A DNA stretch of 64,000 nucleotides from NCBI RefSeq assembly GCF_947568905.1, contig NC_079165.1:103602001-103666000 (forward strand). The letters run 5' to 3'. The DNA comes from Ostrea edulis (Eukaryota). Position numbers and translations under genes: made by a program. Shown here piece by piece: positions 12,346 through 26,600 of the stretch; position 1 is the stretch's first letter; each line of letters opens with the position of its first letter. The notes under the pieces were generated by a model. The model searched no databases and was not told the DNA's origin. It saw nothing but the letters and a program-made list of their open reading frames with translations.

Positions 12346-13518
12346 TTAGAAACACAGCGATTCCTTCAGTTTAGAAACAAATACTCTGTCAAAGAATGCG
12401 TATATAAAAGGGTTTGTGACATTGTTGATGATGAACATTCTATAGACAAACAACACCACAGGTCGTGTAGTTTCAGAGAGCTCCTCCCAGAAGTTCGGAG
12501 AATTGGCCTCCAGAAACATAACTGTAACTTTTGGGATATAACAAATCAAGAAAATAAGAGTAATAAGCATAAACATGAAGGATATTCTTATCAATGTCCT
12601 TTTGTTTATCTTTTCATTTTCTATTTTATGCTTATGACTTCCTCCTGAGCAATCTTTCTTTTGTTTTTTATCACAATTTTCAATTTCATTTGATGAATGA
12701 AAGATGACATGCTCCATTTTGGTTTGGCTGTTTTGTTCTGCTTTATTTCTACTTTCCTCGGGAATTTGGAATTCGTCTACAGTTCCCAAATTAGTATTTC
12801 TAATTTCTGTAGGTTTGTGCCTCGAATGTCTGAAATATGCATGAATAGCCAAGCCAATCTTTAGATATATCAATATCAATGTAGTGATCGTAACAAAAGC
12901 TACAGCAATGAGAATTGATCCATAAATCAGTGACGTTACTTTGTTGACGTCGTCCATCCTACTACAGCGTTTTCCTGTAATATTCCTGACTCGGTCATGA
13001 AACGAAACAGTTCCATAGAAATACGGCATAGGAATAGAGAGAGACAGAGAAGACACTGTTACCATCATCAAGGCGAGTCGTCGACATTTGAAGTCCATAC
13101 TTTTCCCGCGATATGTACAGATCCTCATTCGCCTTTGGATGGCAATAACCACTAGTAATAACATCGACAAGAGGGTCGTGAATCCCGCGAAGAACCACCA
13201 AGATTTGCAGAGAATTGTGTTGTGAAATGTCGCCTGATTCAAGTTCAGAGTCATTCCAAAGGATGCACAAACAAACGCCGCAAGTAGGTCTACAACGCTT
13301 AGGAACGGTATGAAATACCGCTCTTCTTTTTTCCAAAGTTTGGAACGCAGGTATGTTAATATGACACAGCCATTTCCACTGACTCCAACTATTACGTAAA
13401 TGAACAAAATTATATTGTTTGGTACTAATTTCATTGCAAGCTCCTCGTTCCAGATATCTAGACTAATATTCATGGTGTTACACAGATTAAGTGAGAAGGT
13501 TCGACTCATTCTGGACAT
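12346..13518 (-). CDS. G3: divergent intronless class A orphan GPCR, 390 aa from the first in-frame ATG
   Basis: GN, VVD (TM2), QRR in place of DRY, CYIPK, NPFIY. The ORF track starts at a GTG (13548); first ATG is at 13518 and the true start is uncertain. Confidence 0.9.
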   Translation of the reverse strand: MSRMSRTFSLNLCNTMNISLDIWNEELAMKLVPNNIILFIYVIVGVSGNGCVILTYLRSKLWKKEERYFIPFLSVVDLLAAFVCASFGMTLNLNQATFHNTILCKSWWFFAGFTTLLSMLLLVVIAIQRRMRICTYRGKSMDFKCRRLALMMVTVSSLSLSIPMPYFYGTVSFHDRVRNITGKRCSRMDDVNKVTSLIYGSILIAVAFVTITTLILIYLKIGLAIHAYFRHSRHKPTEIRNTNLGTVDEFQIPEESRNKAEQNSQTKMEHVIFHSSNEIENCDKKQKKDCSGGSHKHKIENEKINKRTLIRISFMFMLITLIFLICYIPKVTVMFLEANSPNFWEELSETTRPVVLFVYRMFIINNVTNPFIYAFFDRVFVSKLKESLCF

Positions 13519-14116
13519 AAATATTATGTCTTGTTGTTTCAGATTCACGTTATTATCATGTGTTTGGTTCAGTCTGACTCCGTGTGTGACTACCAGGTTT
13601 TTTTCTTCAATCCATGCATTGTAAAAACGGTATGCAACTAACCGGATATATTGACGTACTGTGCATAAGATTGCCGCTTAATCAGTGTGTATGTCATGAC
13701 AAATTTAAAACTTTGAAATATTACAACAGTGTTTATTTTTTAGCAATCATATGATCGTATCAAAATCACTCACCAGACATACTGTTTATTCTAAATACGG
13801 GCGTTTAAATGTTGAAATATTTGAAGAAAATATATTCACATCAAACTCGTCTGGTGATATACGGTGTAGTTTGTTCAGCTCGCTGGTTTTTCCCCCTCAA
13901 TATCAATGGAAGGTGGAGGTATAATATTATGAAATATTCAAGTATTGTTGATGTTTATGTTATTGATATCGGAATGTGATTTAGTTTTAAAGTATGTAAT
14001 TTACTGGAATTGAGTTAAGTATTATGTATACAGTATGTCAGTGCTGGTATGAAAACACTGTAATACGTCCACGTTTCAGTTGATAGAATAGATTTGAATG
14101 AATCTTTGAAGTGTAA

Positions 14117-14118
<2 letters not shown>

Positions 14119-14174
<56 letters not shown>

Positions 14175-14196
14175 CGGGGGGGGGGGGGGGGGGGGT
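14119..14196. repeat. (TG)n followed by a poly-G run, just upstream of the satellite
   Basis: Directly visible. Confidence 0.95.
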
Positions 14197-14612
14197 ATAG
14201 GGCCAAAACATGAAATTGTCCACAACTCCTCGGAAATTCAATATGTTAACATAAATCATATTCAAAGTGATGATTCAGAAACCATCGCTTGATTGAATTT
14301 ATATGTTTGTATTTCTATAAATATAAAACATAATATATATTCTAAAACATCTTTAGACATTACGAAAACAAGGAAATATACATCCGAAGAAAGGAAGTAG
14401 TCTCTTGTTCCTAACACCATTCATAAATTAGACATTGATTCAAGTGGCTTTATATGTGTAGTATACGTATGTCCACGTGTCTGTGTATCTACCTATATAT
14501 TGTATCTGAATGATGTCTAGTGTTTATTGTCTGTGTATTTATATCGTATACGATTATTATTTGAATATTTGTGTGTCTTTATTGTATCTTGACTGATATA
14601 CAAACGTCTATA

Positions 14613-17600
14613 TGTCTATAATGTGTCTGATTAGTAGTCTGTCTGTCTATAGTGTGTCTGATTAGTAGTCTGTCTGTCTATAATGTATCTGATTAGTAGT
14701 CTGTCTGTCTATAATGTATCTGATTAGTAATCTGTCTGTGTATAATGTATCTGATTAGTAGTCTGTCTGTGTATAATGTATCTGATTAGTAGTCTGTCTG
14801 TCTATAATGTATCTGATTAGTAGTCTGTCTGTGTATAATGTATCTGATTAGTAGTCTGTCTGTCTATGATGTTTCTGATTAGTAGTCTGTCTGTCTATAA
14901 TGTGTCTGATTAGTAGTCTGTCTGTGTATAATGTGTCTTATTAGTAGTCTGTCTGTCTATGATGTATCTGATTAGTAGTATGTTTGTCTATAATGTGTCT
15001 GATTAGTAGTCTGTCTGTCTATAATTTATCTGATTAGTAGTCTGTCTGTGTATAATATGTCTTATTAGTAGTCTGTCTGTGTATAATGTATCTGATTAGT
15101 AGTCTGTCTGTCTATAATGTATCTGATTAGTAGTCTGTCTGTGTATAATGTGTCTGATTAGTAGTCTGTCTGTGTATAATGTGTCTGATTAGTAGTCTGT
15201 CTGTGTATAATGTGTCTGATTAGTAGTATGTCTGTCTATAATGTATCTGATTAGTAGTCTGTCTGTGTATAATGTGTCTGATTAGTAGTCTGTCTGTGTA
15301 TAATGTGTCTGATTAGTAGTCTGTCTGTGTATAATGTGTCTGATTAGTAGTATGTCTGTGTATAATGTATCTGATTAGTAGTCTGTCTGTGTATAATGTG
15401 TCTGATTAGTAGTCTGGCTGTGTATAATGTATCTGATTAGTAGTCTGTCTGTCTATAATGTATCTGATTAGTAGTCTGTCTGTGTATAATGTGTCTGATT
15501 AGTAGTCTGTCTGTCTATAATGTGTCTGATTAGTAGTCTGTCTGTGTATAATGTGTCTGATTAGTAGTCTGTCTGTGTATAATGTATCTGATTAGTAGTC
15601 TGTCTGTGTATAATGTATCTGATTAGTAGTCTGTCTGTGTATAATGTATCTGATTAGTAGTCTGTCTGTGTATAATGTATCTGATTAGTAGTCTGTCTGT
15701 GTATAATGTGTCTGATTAGTAGTCTGTCTGTGTATAATGTATCTGATTAGTAGTCTGTCTGTGTATAATGTATCTGATTAGTAGTCTGTCTGTGTATAAT
15801 GTATCTGATTAGTAGTCTGTCTGTGTATAATGTATCTGATTAGTAGTCTGTCTGTCTATAATGTATCTGATTAGTAGTCTGTCTGTGTATAATGTATCTG
15901 ATTAGTAGTATGTCTGTGTATAATGTATCTGATTAGTAGTCTGTCTGTGTATAATGTATCTGATTAGTAGTATGTCTGTGTATAATGTATCTGATTAGTA
16001 GTCTGTCTGTCTATAATGTGTCTGATTAGTAGTCTGTCTGTGTATAATGTATCTGATTAGTAGTCTGTCTGTCTATAATGTGTCTGATTAGTAGTCTGTC
16101 TGTCTATAATGTATCTGATTAGTAGTCTGTCTGTCTATAATGTGTCTGATTAGTAGTCGTCTGTCTACAATGTATCTGATTAGTAGTCTGTCTGTCTATA
16201 ATGTATCTGATTAGTAGTCTGTATGTGTATAATGTGTCTGATTAGTAGTCTGTTTGTCTATAATGTGTCTGATTAGTAGTCTGTCTGTGTATAATGTATC
16301 TGATTAGTAGTCTGTCTGTGTATAATGTATCTGATTAGTAGTCTGTCTGTGTATAATGTATCTGATTAGTAATCTGTCTGTGTATAATGTATCTGATTAG
16401 TAGTCTGTCTGTCTATAATGTATCTGATTAGTAGTCTGTCTGTGTATAATGTGTCTGATTAGTAGTCTGTCTGTGTATAATGTGTCTGATTAGTAGTCTG
16501 TCTGTGTATAATGTGTCTGATTAGTAGTATGTCTGTGTATAATGTATCTGATTAGTAGTCTGTCTGTGTATAATGTGTCTGATTAGTAGTCTGTCTGTCT
16601 ATAATGTGTCTGATTAGTAGTCTGTCTGTGTATAATGTATCTGATTAGTAGTCTGTCTGTCTATAATGTATCTGATTAGTAGTCTGTCTGTGTATAATGT
16701 GTCTGATTAGTAGTCTGTCTGTGTATAATGTGTCTGATTAGTAGTCTGTCTGTGTATAATGTGTCTGATTAGTAGTATGTCTGTGTATAATGTATCTGAT
16801 TAGTAGTCTGGCTGTGTATAATGTGTCTGATTAGTAGTCTGTCTGTGTATAATGTGTCTGATTAGTAGTCTGGCTGTGTATAATGTATCTGATTAGTAGT
16901 CTGTCTGTCTATAATGTATCTGATTAGTAGTCTGTCTGTGTATAATGTGTCTGATTAGTAGTCTGTCTGTCTATAATGTGTCTGATTAGTAGTCTGTCTG
17001 TGTATAATGTGTCTGATTAGTAGTCTGTCTGTGTATAATGTATCTGATTAGTAGTCTGTCTGTGTATAATGTATGTGATTAGTAGTCTGTCTATGTATAA
17101 TGTATCTGATTAGTAGTCTGTCTGTGTATAATGTATCTGATTAGTAGTCTGTCTGTGTATAATGTGTCTGATTAGTAGTCTGTCTGTGTATAATGTATCT
17201 GATTAGTAGTCTGTCTGTGTATAATGTATCTGATTAGTAGTCTGTCTGTGTATAATGTATCTGATTAGTAGTCTGTCTGTGTATAATGTATCTGATTAGT
17301 AGTCTGTCTGTCTATAATGTATCTGATTAGTAGTCTGTCTGTGTATAATGTATCTGATTAGTAGTCTGTCTGTGTATAATGTATCTGATTAGTAGTCTGT
17401 CTGTGTATAATGTATCTGATTAGTAGTATGTCTGTGTATAATGTATCTGATTAGTAGTCTGTCTGTCTATAATGTGTCTGATTAGTAGTCTGTCTGTGTA
17501 TAATGTATCTGATTAGTAGTCTGTCTGTCTATAATGTGTCTGATTAGTAGTCTGTCTGTCTATAATGTATCTGATTAGTAGTCTGTCTGTCTATAATGTG

Positions 17601-20600
17601 TCTGATTAGTAGTCTGTCTGTCTATAATGTATCTGATTAGTAGTCTGTCTGTGTATAATGTATCTGATTAGTAGTCTGTATGTGTATAATGTGTCTGATT
17701 AGTAGTCTGTTTGCCTATAATGTGTCTGATTAGTAGTCTGTCTGTGTATAATGTATCTGATTAGTAGTCTGTCTGTGTATAATGTATCTGATTAGTAGTC
17801 TGTCTGTGTATAATGTATCTGATTAGTAATCTGTCTGTGTATAATGTATCTGATTAGTAGTCTGTCTGTCTATAATGTATCTGATTAGTAGTCTGTCTGT
17901 CTATAATGTATCTGATTAGTAGTCTGTTTGTCTATAATGTGTCTGATTAGTAGTCTGTCTGTGTATAATGTATCTGATTAGTAATCTGTCTGTCTATAAT
18001 GTATCTGATTAGTAGTCTGTCTGTGTATAATGTATCTGATTAGTAGTCTGTCTGTGTATAATGTATCTGATTAGTAGTCTGTCTGTGTATAATGTATCTG
18101 ATTAGTAGTCTGTCTGTGTATAATGTGTCTGATTAGTAGTCTGTCTGTGTATAATGTATCTGATTAGTAATCTGTCTGTCTATAATGTGTCTGATTAGTA
18201 GTCTGTCTGTGTATAATGTATCTGATTAGTAATCTGTCTGTCTATAATGTATCTGATTAGTAGTCTGTCTGTCTATAATGTTTCTGATTAGTAGTCCGTC
18301 TGTGTATAATGTATCTGATTAGTAGTCTGTCTGTGTATAATGTATCTGATTAGTAGTCTGTCTGTGTATAATGTGTCTGATTAGTAGTCTGTCTGTGTAT
18401 AATGTATCTGATTAGTAGTCTGTCTGTCTATAATGTATCTGATTAGTAGTCTGTCTGTGTATAATGTATCTGATTAGTAGTCTGTTTGTCTATAATGTAT
18501 CTGATTAGTAATCTGTCTGTGTATAATGTACCTGATTAGTAGTCTGTCTGTGTATAATGTGTCTGATTAGTAGTCTGTCTGTGTATAATGTATCTGATTA
18601 GTAGTCTGTCTGTGTATAATGTATCTGATTAGTCGTCTGTCTGTCTATAATGTATCTGATTAGTAGTCTGTCTGTGTATAATGTATCTGATTAGTAGTCT
18701 GTCTGTGTATAATGTATCTGATTAGTAGTCTGTCTGTGTATAATGTATCTGATTAGTAGTCTGTCTGTGTATAATGTATCTGATTAGTAGTCTGTCTGTG
18801 TATAATGTGTCTGATTAGTAGTCTGTCTGTGTATAATGTATCTGATTAGTAGTCTGTCTGTGTATAATGTATCTGATTAGTAGTCTGTCTGTGTATAATG
18901 TATCTGATTAGTAGTCTGTCTGTGTATAATGTATCTGATTAGTAGTCTGTCTGTCTATAATGTATCTGATTAGTAGTCTGTCTGTGTATAATGTATCTGA
19001 TTAGTAGTCTGTCTGTGTATAATGTATCTGATTAGTAGTCTGTCTGTGTATAATGTATCTGATTAGTAGTATGTCTGTGTATAATGTATCTGATTAGTAG
19101 TCTGTCTGTCTATAATGTGTCTGATTAGTAGTCTGTCTGTCTATAATGTATCTGATTAGTAGTCTGTCTGTCTATAATGTGTCTGATTAGTAGTCTGTCT
19201 GTCTATAATGTATCTGATTAGTAGTCTGTCTGTCTATAATGTGTCTGATTAGTAGTCTGTCTGTCTATAATGTATCTGATTAGTAGTCTGTCTGTGTATA
19301 ATGTATCTGATTAGTAGTCTGTATGTGTATAATGTGTCTGATTAGTAGTCTGTTTGCCTATAATGTGTCTGATTAGTAGTCTGTCTGTGTATAATGTATC
19401 TGATTAGTAGTCTGTCTGTGTATAATGTATCTGATTAGTAGTCTGTCTGTGTATAATGTATCTGATTAGTAATCTGTCTGTGTATAATGTATCTGATTAG
19501 TAGTCTGTCTGTCTATAATGTATCTGATTAGTAGTCTGTCTGTCTATAATGTATCTGATTAGTAGTCTGTTTGTCTATAATGTGTCTGATTAGTAGTCTG
19601 TCTGTGTATAATGTATCTGATTAGTAGTCTGTCTGTGTATAATGTATCTGATTAGTAGTCTGTCTGTGTATAATGTATCTGATTAGTAGTCTGTCTGTGT
19701 ATAATGTATCTGATTAGTAGTCTGTCTGTGTATAATGTGTCTGATTAGTAGTCTGTCTGTGTATAATGTATCTGATTAGTAATCTGTCTGTCTATAATGT
19801 GTCTGATTAGTAGTCTGTCTGTGTATAATGTATCTGATTAGTAATCTGTCTGTCTATAATGTATCTGATTAGTAGTCTGTCTGTCTATAATGTGTCTGAT
19901 TAGTAGTCCGTCTGTGTATAATGTATCTGATTAGTAGTCTGTCTGTGTATAATGTATCTGATTAGTAGTCTGTCTGTGTATAATGTGTCTGATTAGTAGT
20001 CTGTCTGTGTATAATGTATCTGATTAGTAGTCTGTCTGTCTATAATGTATCTGATTAGTAGTCTGTCTGTGTATAATGTATCTGATTAGTAGTCTGTTTG
20101 TCTATAATGTATCTGATTAGTAATCTGTCTGTGTATAATGTATCTGATTAGTAGTCTGTCTGTGTATAATGTGTCTGATTAGTAGTCTGTCTGTGTATAA
20201 TGTATCTGATTAGTAGTCTGTCTGTGTATAATGTATCTGATTAGTCGTCTGTCTGTCTATAATGTATCTGATTAGTAGTCTGTCTGTGTATAATGTATCT
20301 GATTAGTAGTCTGTCTGTGTATAATGTATCTGATTAGTAGTCTGTCTGTGTATAATGTATCTGATTAGTAGTCTGTCTGTCTATAATGTATCTGATTAGT
20401 AGTCTGTCTGTCTATAATGTATCTGATTAGTAGTCTGTCTGTGTATAATGTATCTGATTAGTAGTCTGTCTGTCTATAATGTATCTGATTAGTAGTCTGT
20501 CTGTGTATAATGTATCTGATTAGTAGTCTGTCTGTGTATAATGTATCTGATTAGTAGTATGTCTGTGTATAATGTATCTGATTAGTAGTATGTCTGTGTA

Positions 20601-23600
20601 TAATGTATCTGATTAGTAGTCTGTCTGTCTATAATGTGTCTGATTAGTAGTCTGTCTGTGTATAATGTATCTGATTAGTAGTCTGTCTGTCTATAATGTA
20701 TCTGATTAGTAGTCTGTCTGTGTATAATGTATCTGATTAGTAGTCTGTTTGTCTATAATGTATCTGATTAGTAATCTGTCTGTGTATAATGTACCTGATT
20801 AGTAGTCTGTCTGTGTATAATGTGTCTGATTAGTAGTCTGTCTGTGTATAATGTATCTGATTAGTAGTCTGTCTGTGTATAATGTATCTGATTAGTCGTC
20901 TGTCTGTCTATAATGTATCTGATTAGTAGTCTGTCTGTGTATAATGTATCTGATTAGTAGTCTGTCTGTGTATAATGTATCTGATTAGTAGTCTGTCTGT
21001 GTATAATGTATCTGATTAGTAGTCTGTCTGTGTATAATGTATCTGATTAGTAGTCTGTCTGTGTATAATGTGTCTGATTAGTAGTCTGTCTGTGTATAAT
21101 GTATCTGATTAGTAGTCTGTCTGTGTATAATGTATCTGATTAGTAGTCTGTCTGTGTATAATGTATCTGATTAGTAGTCTGTCTGTGTATAATGTATCTG
21201 ATTAGTAGTCTGTCTGTCTATAATGTATCTGATTAGTAGTCTGTCTGTGTATAATGTATCTGATTAGTAGTCTGTCTGTGTATAATGTATCTGATTAGTA
21301 GTCTGTCTGTGTATAATGTATCTGATTAGTAGTATGTCTGTGTATAATGTATCTGATTAGTAGTCTGTCTGTCTATAATGTGTCTGATTAGTAGTCTGTC
21401 TGTCTATAATGTATCTGATTAGTAGTCTGTCTGTCTATAATGTGTCTGATTAGTAGTCTGTCTGTCTATAATGTATCTGATTAGTAGTCTGTCTGTCTAT
21501 AATGTGTCTGATTAGTAGTCTGTCTGTCTATAATGTATCTGATTAGTAGTCTGTCTGTGTATAATGTATCTGATTAGTAGTCTGTATGTGTATAATGTGT
21601 CTGATTAGTAATCTGTTTGCCTATAATGTGTCTGATTAGTAGTCTGTCTGTGTATAATGTATCTGATTAGTAGTCTGTCTGTGTATAATGTATCTGATTA
21701 GTAGTCTGTCTGTGTATAATGTATCTGATTAGTAATCTGTCTGTGTATAATGTATCTGATTAGTAGTCTGTCTGTCTATAATGTATCTGATTAGTAGTCT
21801 GTCTGTCTATAATGTATCTGATTAGTAGTCTGTTTGTCTATAATGTGTCTGATTAGTAGTCTGTCTGTGTATAATGTATCTGATTAGTAGTCTGTCTGTG
21901 TATAATGTATCTGATTAGTAGTCTGTCTGTGTATAATGTATCTGATTAGTAGTCTGTCTGTGTATAATGTATCTGATTAGTAGTCTGTCTGTGTATAATG
22001 TGTCTGATTAGTAGTCTGTCTGTGTATAATGTATCTGATTAGTAATCTGTCTGTCTATAATGTGTCTGATTAGTAGTCTGTCTGTGTATAATGTATCTGA
22101 TTAGTAATCTGTCTGTCTATAATGTATCTGATTAGTAGTCTGTCTGTCTATAATGTGTCTGATTAGTAGTCCGTCTGTGTATAATGTATCTGATTAGTAG
22201 TCTGTCTGTGTATAATGTATCTGATTAGTAGTCTGTCTGTGTATAATGTGTCTGATTAGTAGTCTGTCTGTGTATAATGTATCTGATTAGTAGTCTGTCT
22301 GTCTATAATGTATCTGATTAGTAGTCTGTCTGTGTATAATGTATCTGATTAGTAGTCTGTTTGTCTATAATGTATCTGATTAGTAATCTGTCTGTGTATA
22401 ATGTATCTGATTAGTAGTCTGTCTGTGTATAATGTGTCTGATTAGTAGTCTGTCTGTGTATAATGTATCTGATTAGTAGTCTGTCTGTGTATAATGTATC
22501 TGATTAGTCGTCTGTCTGTCTATAATGTATCTGATTAGTAGTCTGTCTGTGTATAATGTATCTGATTAGTAGTCTGTCTGTGTATAATGTATCTGATTAG
22601 TAGTCTGTCTGTGTATAATGTATCTGATTAGTAGTCTGTCTGTCTATAATGTATCTGATTAGTAGTCTGTCTGTCTATAATGTATCTGATTAGTAGTCTG
22701 TCTGTGTATAATGTATCTGATTAGTAGTCTGTCTGTCTATAATGTTTCTGATTAGTAGTCTGTCTGTGTATAATGTATCTGATTAGTAGTCTGTCTGTGT
22801 ATAATGTATCTGATTAGTAGTATGTCTGTGTATAATGTATCTGATTAGTAGTATGTCTGTGTATAATGTATCTGATTAGTAGTCTGTCTGTCTATAATGT
22901 GTCTGATTAGTAGTCTGTCTGTGTATAATGTATCTGATTAGTAGTCTGTCTGTCTATAATGTGTCTGATTAGTAGTCTGTCTGTGTATAATGTATCTGAT
23001 TAGTAGTCTGTCTGTCTATAATGTGTCTGATTAGTAGTCTGTCTGTCTATAATGTATCTGATTAGTAGTCTGTCTGTGTATAATGTATCTGATTAGTAGT
23101 CTGTATGTGTATAATGTGTCTGATTAGTAGTCTGTTTGTCTATAATGTGTCTGATTAGTAGTCTGTCTGTGTATAATGTATCTGATTAGTAGTCTGTCTG
23201 TGTATAATGTATCTGATTAGTAGTCTGTCTGTGTATAATGTATTTGATTAGTAATCTGTCTGTGTATAATGTATCTGATTAGTAGTCTGTCTGTCTATAA
23301 TGTATCTCATTAGTAATCTGTCTGTCTATAATGTATCTGATTAGTAGTCTGTTTGTCTATAATGTGTCTGATTAGTAGTCTGTCTGTGTATAATGTATCT
23401 GATTAGTAATCTGTCTGTCTATAATGTATCTGATTAGTAGTCTGTCTGTGTATAATGTATCTGATTAGTAGTCTGTCTGTGTATAATGTATCTGATTAGT
23501 AGTCTGTCTGTGTATAATGTATCTGATTAGTAGTCTGTCTGTGTATAATGTATCTGATTAGTAGTCTGTCTGTGTATAATGTGTCTGATTAGTAGTCTGT

Positions 23601-26600
23601 CTGTGTATAATGTATCTGATTAGTAATCTGTCTGTCTATAATGTGTCTGATTAGTAGTCTGTCTGTGTATAATGTATCTGATTAGCAATCTGTCTGTCTA
23701 TAATGTATCTGATTAGTAGTCTGTCTGTCTATAATGTGTCTGATTAGTAGTCTGTCTGTGTATAATGTATCTGATTAGTAGTCTGTCTGTGTATAATGTA
23801 TCTGATTAGTAGTCTCTCTGTGTATAATGTATCTGATTAGTAGTCTGTCTGTGTATAATGTATCTGATTAGTAGTCTGTCTGTCTATAATGTATCTGATT
23901 AGTAGTCTGTCTGTGTATAATGTATCTGATTAGTAGTCTGTCTGTCTATAATGTATCTGATTAGTAATCTGTCTGTGTATAATGTATCTGATTAGTAGTC
24001 TGTCTGTGTATAATGTATCTGATTAGTAGTCTGTCTGTGTATAATGTATCTGATTAGTAGTCTGTCTCTGTATAATGTATCTGATTAGTCGTCTGTCTGT
24101 CTATAATGTATCTGATTAGTAGTCTGTCTGTGTATAATGTATCTGATTAGTAGTATGTCTGTGTATAATGTATCTGATTAGTAGTCTGTCTGTCTATAAT
24201 GTGTCTGATTAGTAGTCTGTCTGTGTATAATGTATCTGATTAGTAGTCTGTCTGTCTATAATGTGTCTGATTAGTAGTCTGTCTGTGTATAATGTATCTG
24301 ATTAGTAGTCTGTCTGTGTATAATGTATCTGATTAGTAGTCTGTCTGTGTATAATGTGTCTGATTAGTAGTCTGTCTGTCTATAATGTATCTGATTAGTA
24401 ATCTGTCTGTGTATAATGTATCTGATTAGTAGTCTGTCTGTGTATAATGTATCTGATTAGTAGTCTGTCTGTGTATAATGTATCTGATTAGTCGTCTGTC
24501 TGTCTATAATGTATCTGATTAGTAGTCTGTCTGTCTATAATGTATCTGATTAGTAGTCTGTCTGTGTATAATGTATCTGATTAGTAGTCTGTCTGTGTAT
24601 AATGTATCTGATTAGTAGTCTGTCTGTGTATAATGTATCTGATTAGTAGTCTGTCTGTGTATAATGTATCTGATTAGTAATCTGTCTGTGTATAATGTAT
24701 CTGATTAGTCGTCTGTCTGTGTATAATGTATCTGATTAGTAGTCTGTCTGTGTATAATGTATCTGATTAGTAGTCTGTCTGTGTATAATGTATCTGATTA
24801 GTAGTCTGTCTGTGTATAATGTATCTGATTAGTAGTCTGTCTGTGTATAATGTATCTGATTAGTAATCTGTCTGTCTATAATGTGTCTGATTAGTAGTCT
24901 GTCTGTGTATAATGTATCTGATTAGTAATCTGTCTGTCTATAATGTATCTGATTAGTAGTCTGTCTGTCTATAATGTGTCTGATTAGTAGTCTGTCTGTG
25001 TATAATGTATCTGATTAGTAGTCTGTCTGTGTATAATGTATCTGATTAGTAGTCTGTCTGTGTATAATGTGTCTGATTAGTAGTCTGTCTGTGTATAATG
25101 TATCTGATTAGTAGTCTGTCTGTCTATAATGTATCTGATTAGTAGTCTGTCTGTGTATAATGTATCTGATTAGTAGTCTGTCTGTCTATAATGTATCTGA
25201 TTAGTAATCTGTCTGTGTATAATGTATCTGATTAGTAGTCTGTCTGTGTATAATGTATCTGATTAGTAGTCTGTCTGTGTATAATGTATGTGATTAGTAG
25301 TCTGTCTGTGTATAATGTATCTGATTAGTCGTCTGTCTGTCTATAATGTATCTGATTAGTAGTCTGTCTGTGTATAATGTATCTGATTAGTAGTCTGTCT
25401 GTGTATAATGTATCTGATTAGTAGTCTGTCTGTGTATAATGTATCTGATTAGTAGTCTGTCTGTGTATAATGTATCTGATTAGTAGTCTGTCTGTGTATA
25501 ATGTATCTGATTAGTAATCTGTCTGTGTATAATGTATCTGATTAGTAGTCTGTCTGTCTATAATGTATCTGATTAGTAGTCTGTCTGTGTATAATGTATC
25601 TGATTAGTAGTCTGTCTGTGTATAATGTATCTGATTAGTAGTCTGTCTGTGTATAATGTATCTGATTAGTAGTCTGTCTGTGTATAATGTATCTGATTAG
25701 TAGTCTGTCTGTGTATAATGTATCTGATTAGTAGTCTGTCTGTCTATAATGTGTCTGATTAGTAGTCTGTCTGTCTATAATGTATCTGATTAGTAGTCTG
25801 TCTGTGTATAATGTGTCTTATTAGTAGTCTGTCTGTGTATAATGTATCTGATTAGTAGTCTGTCTGTGTATAATGTGTCTGATTAGTAGTCTGTATATGT
25901 ATAATGTATCTGATTAGTAGTCTGTCTGTGTATAATGTATCTGATTAGTAGTCTGTCTGTGTATAATGTATCTGATTAGTAGTCTGTCTGTGTATAATGT
26001 ATCTGATTAGTAGTCTGTCTGTGTATAATGTATCTGATTAGTAGTCTGTCTGTCTATAATGTATCTGATTAGTAGTCTGTCTGTGTATTGTGTGTCTGAT
26101 TAGTAGTCTGTGTATAATGTATCTGATTAGTAGTCTGTCTGTGTATTATGTGTCTGATTAGTAGTCTGTCTGTGTATAATGTATTTGATTAGTAGTCTGT
26201 CTGTGTATAATGTATCTGATTAGTAGTCTGTCTGTGTATAATGTATCTGATTAGTAGTCTGTCTGTGTATAATGTATCTGATTAGTAGTCTGTCTGTGTA
26301 TAATGTATCTGATTAGTAGTCTGTCTGTCTATAATGTATCTGATTAGTAGTCTGTCTGTGTATAGTGTGTCTGATTAGTAGTCTGTGTATAATGTATCTG
26401 ATTAGTAGTCTGTCTGTGTATAATGTATCTGATTAGTAGTCTGTCTGTCTATAATGTATCTGATTAGTAGTCTGTCTGTGTATAATGTATCTGATTAGTA
26501 GTCTGTCTGTGTATAATGTATCTGATTAGTAGTCTGTCTGTGTATAATGTATCTGATTAGTAGTCTGTCTGTGTATAATGTATCTGATTAGTAGTCTTTC

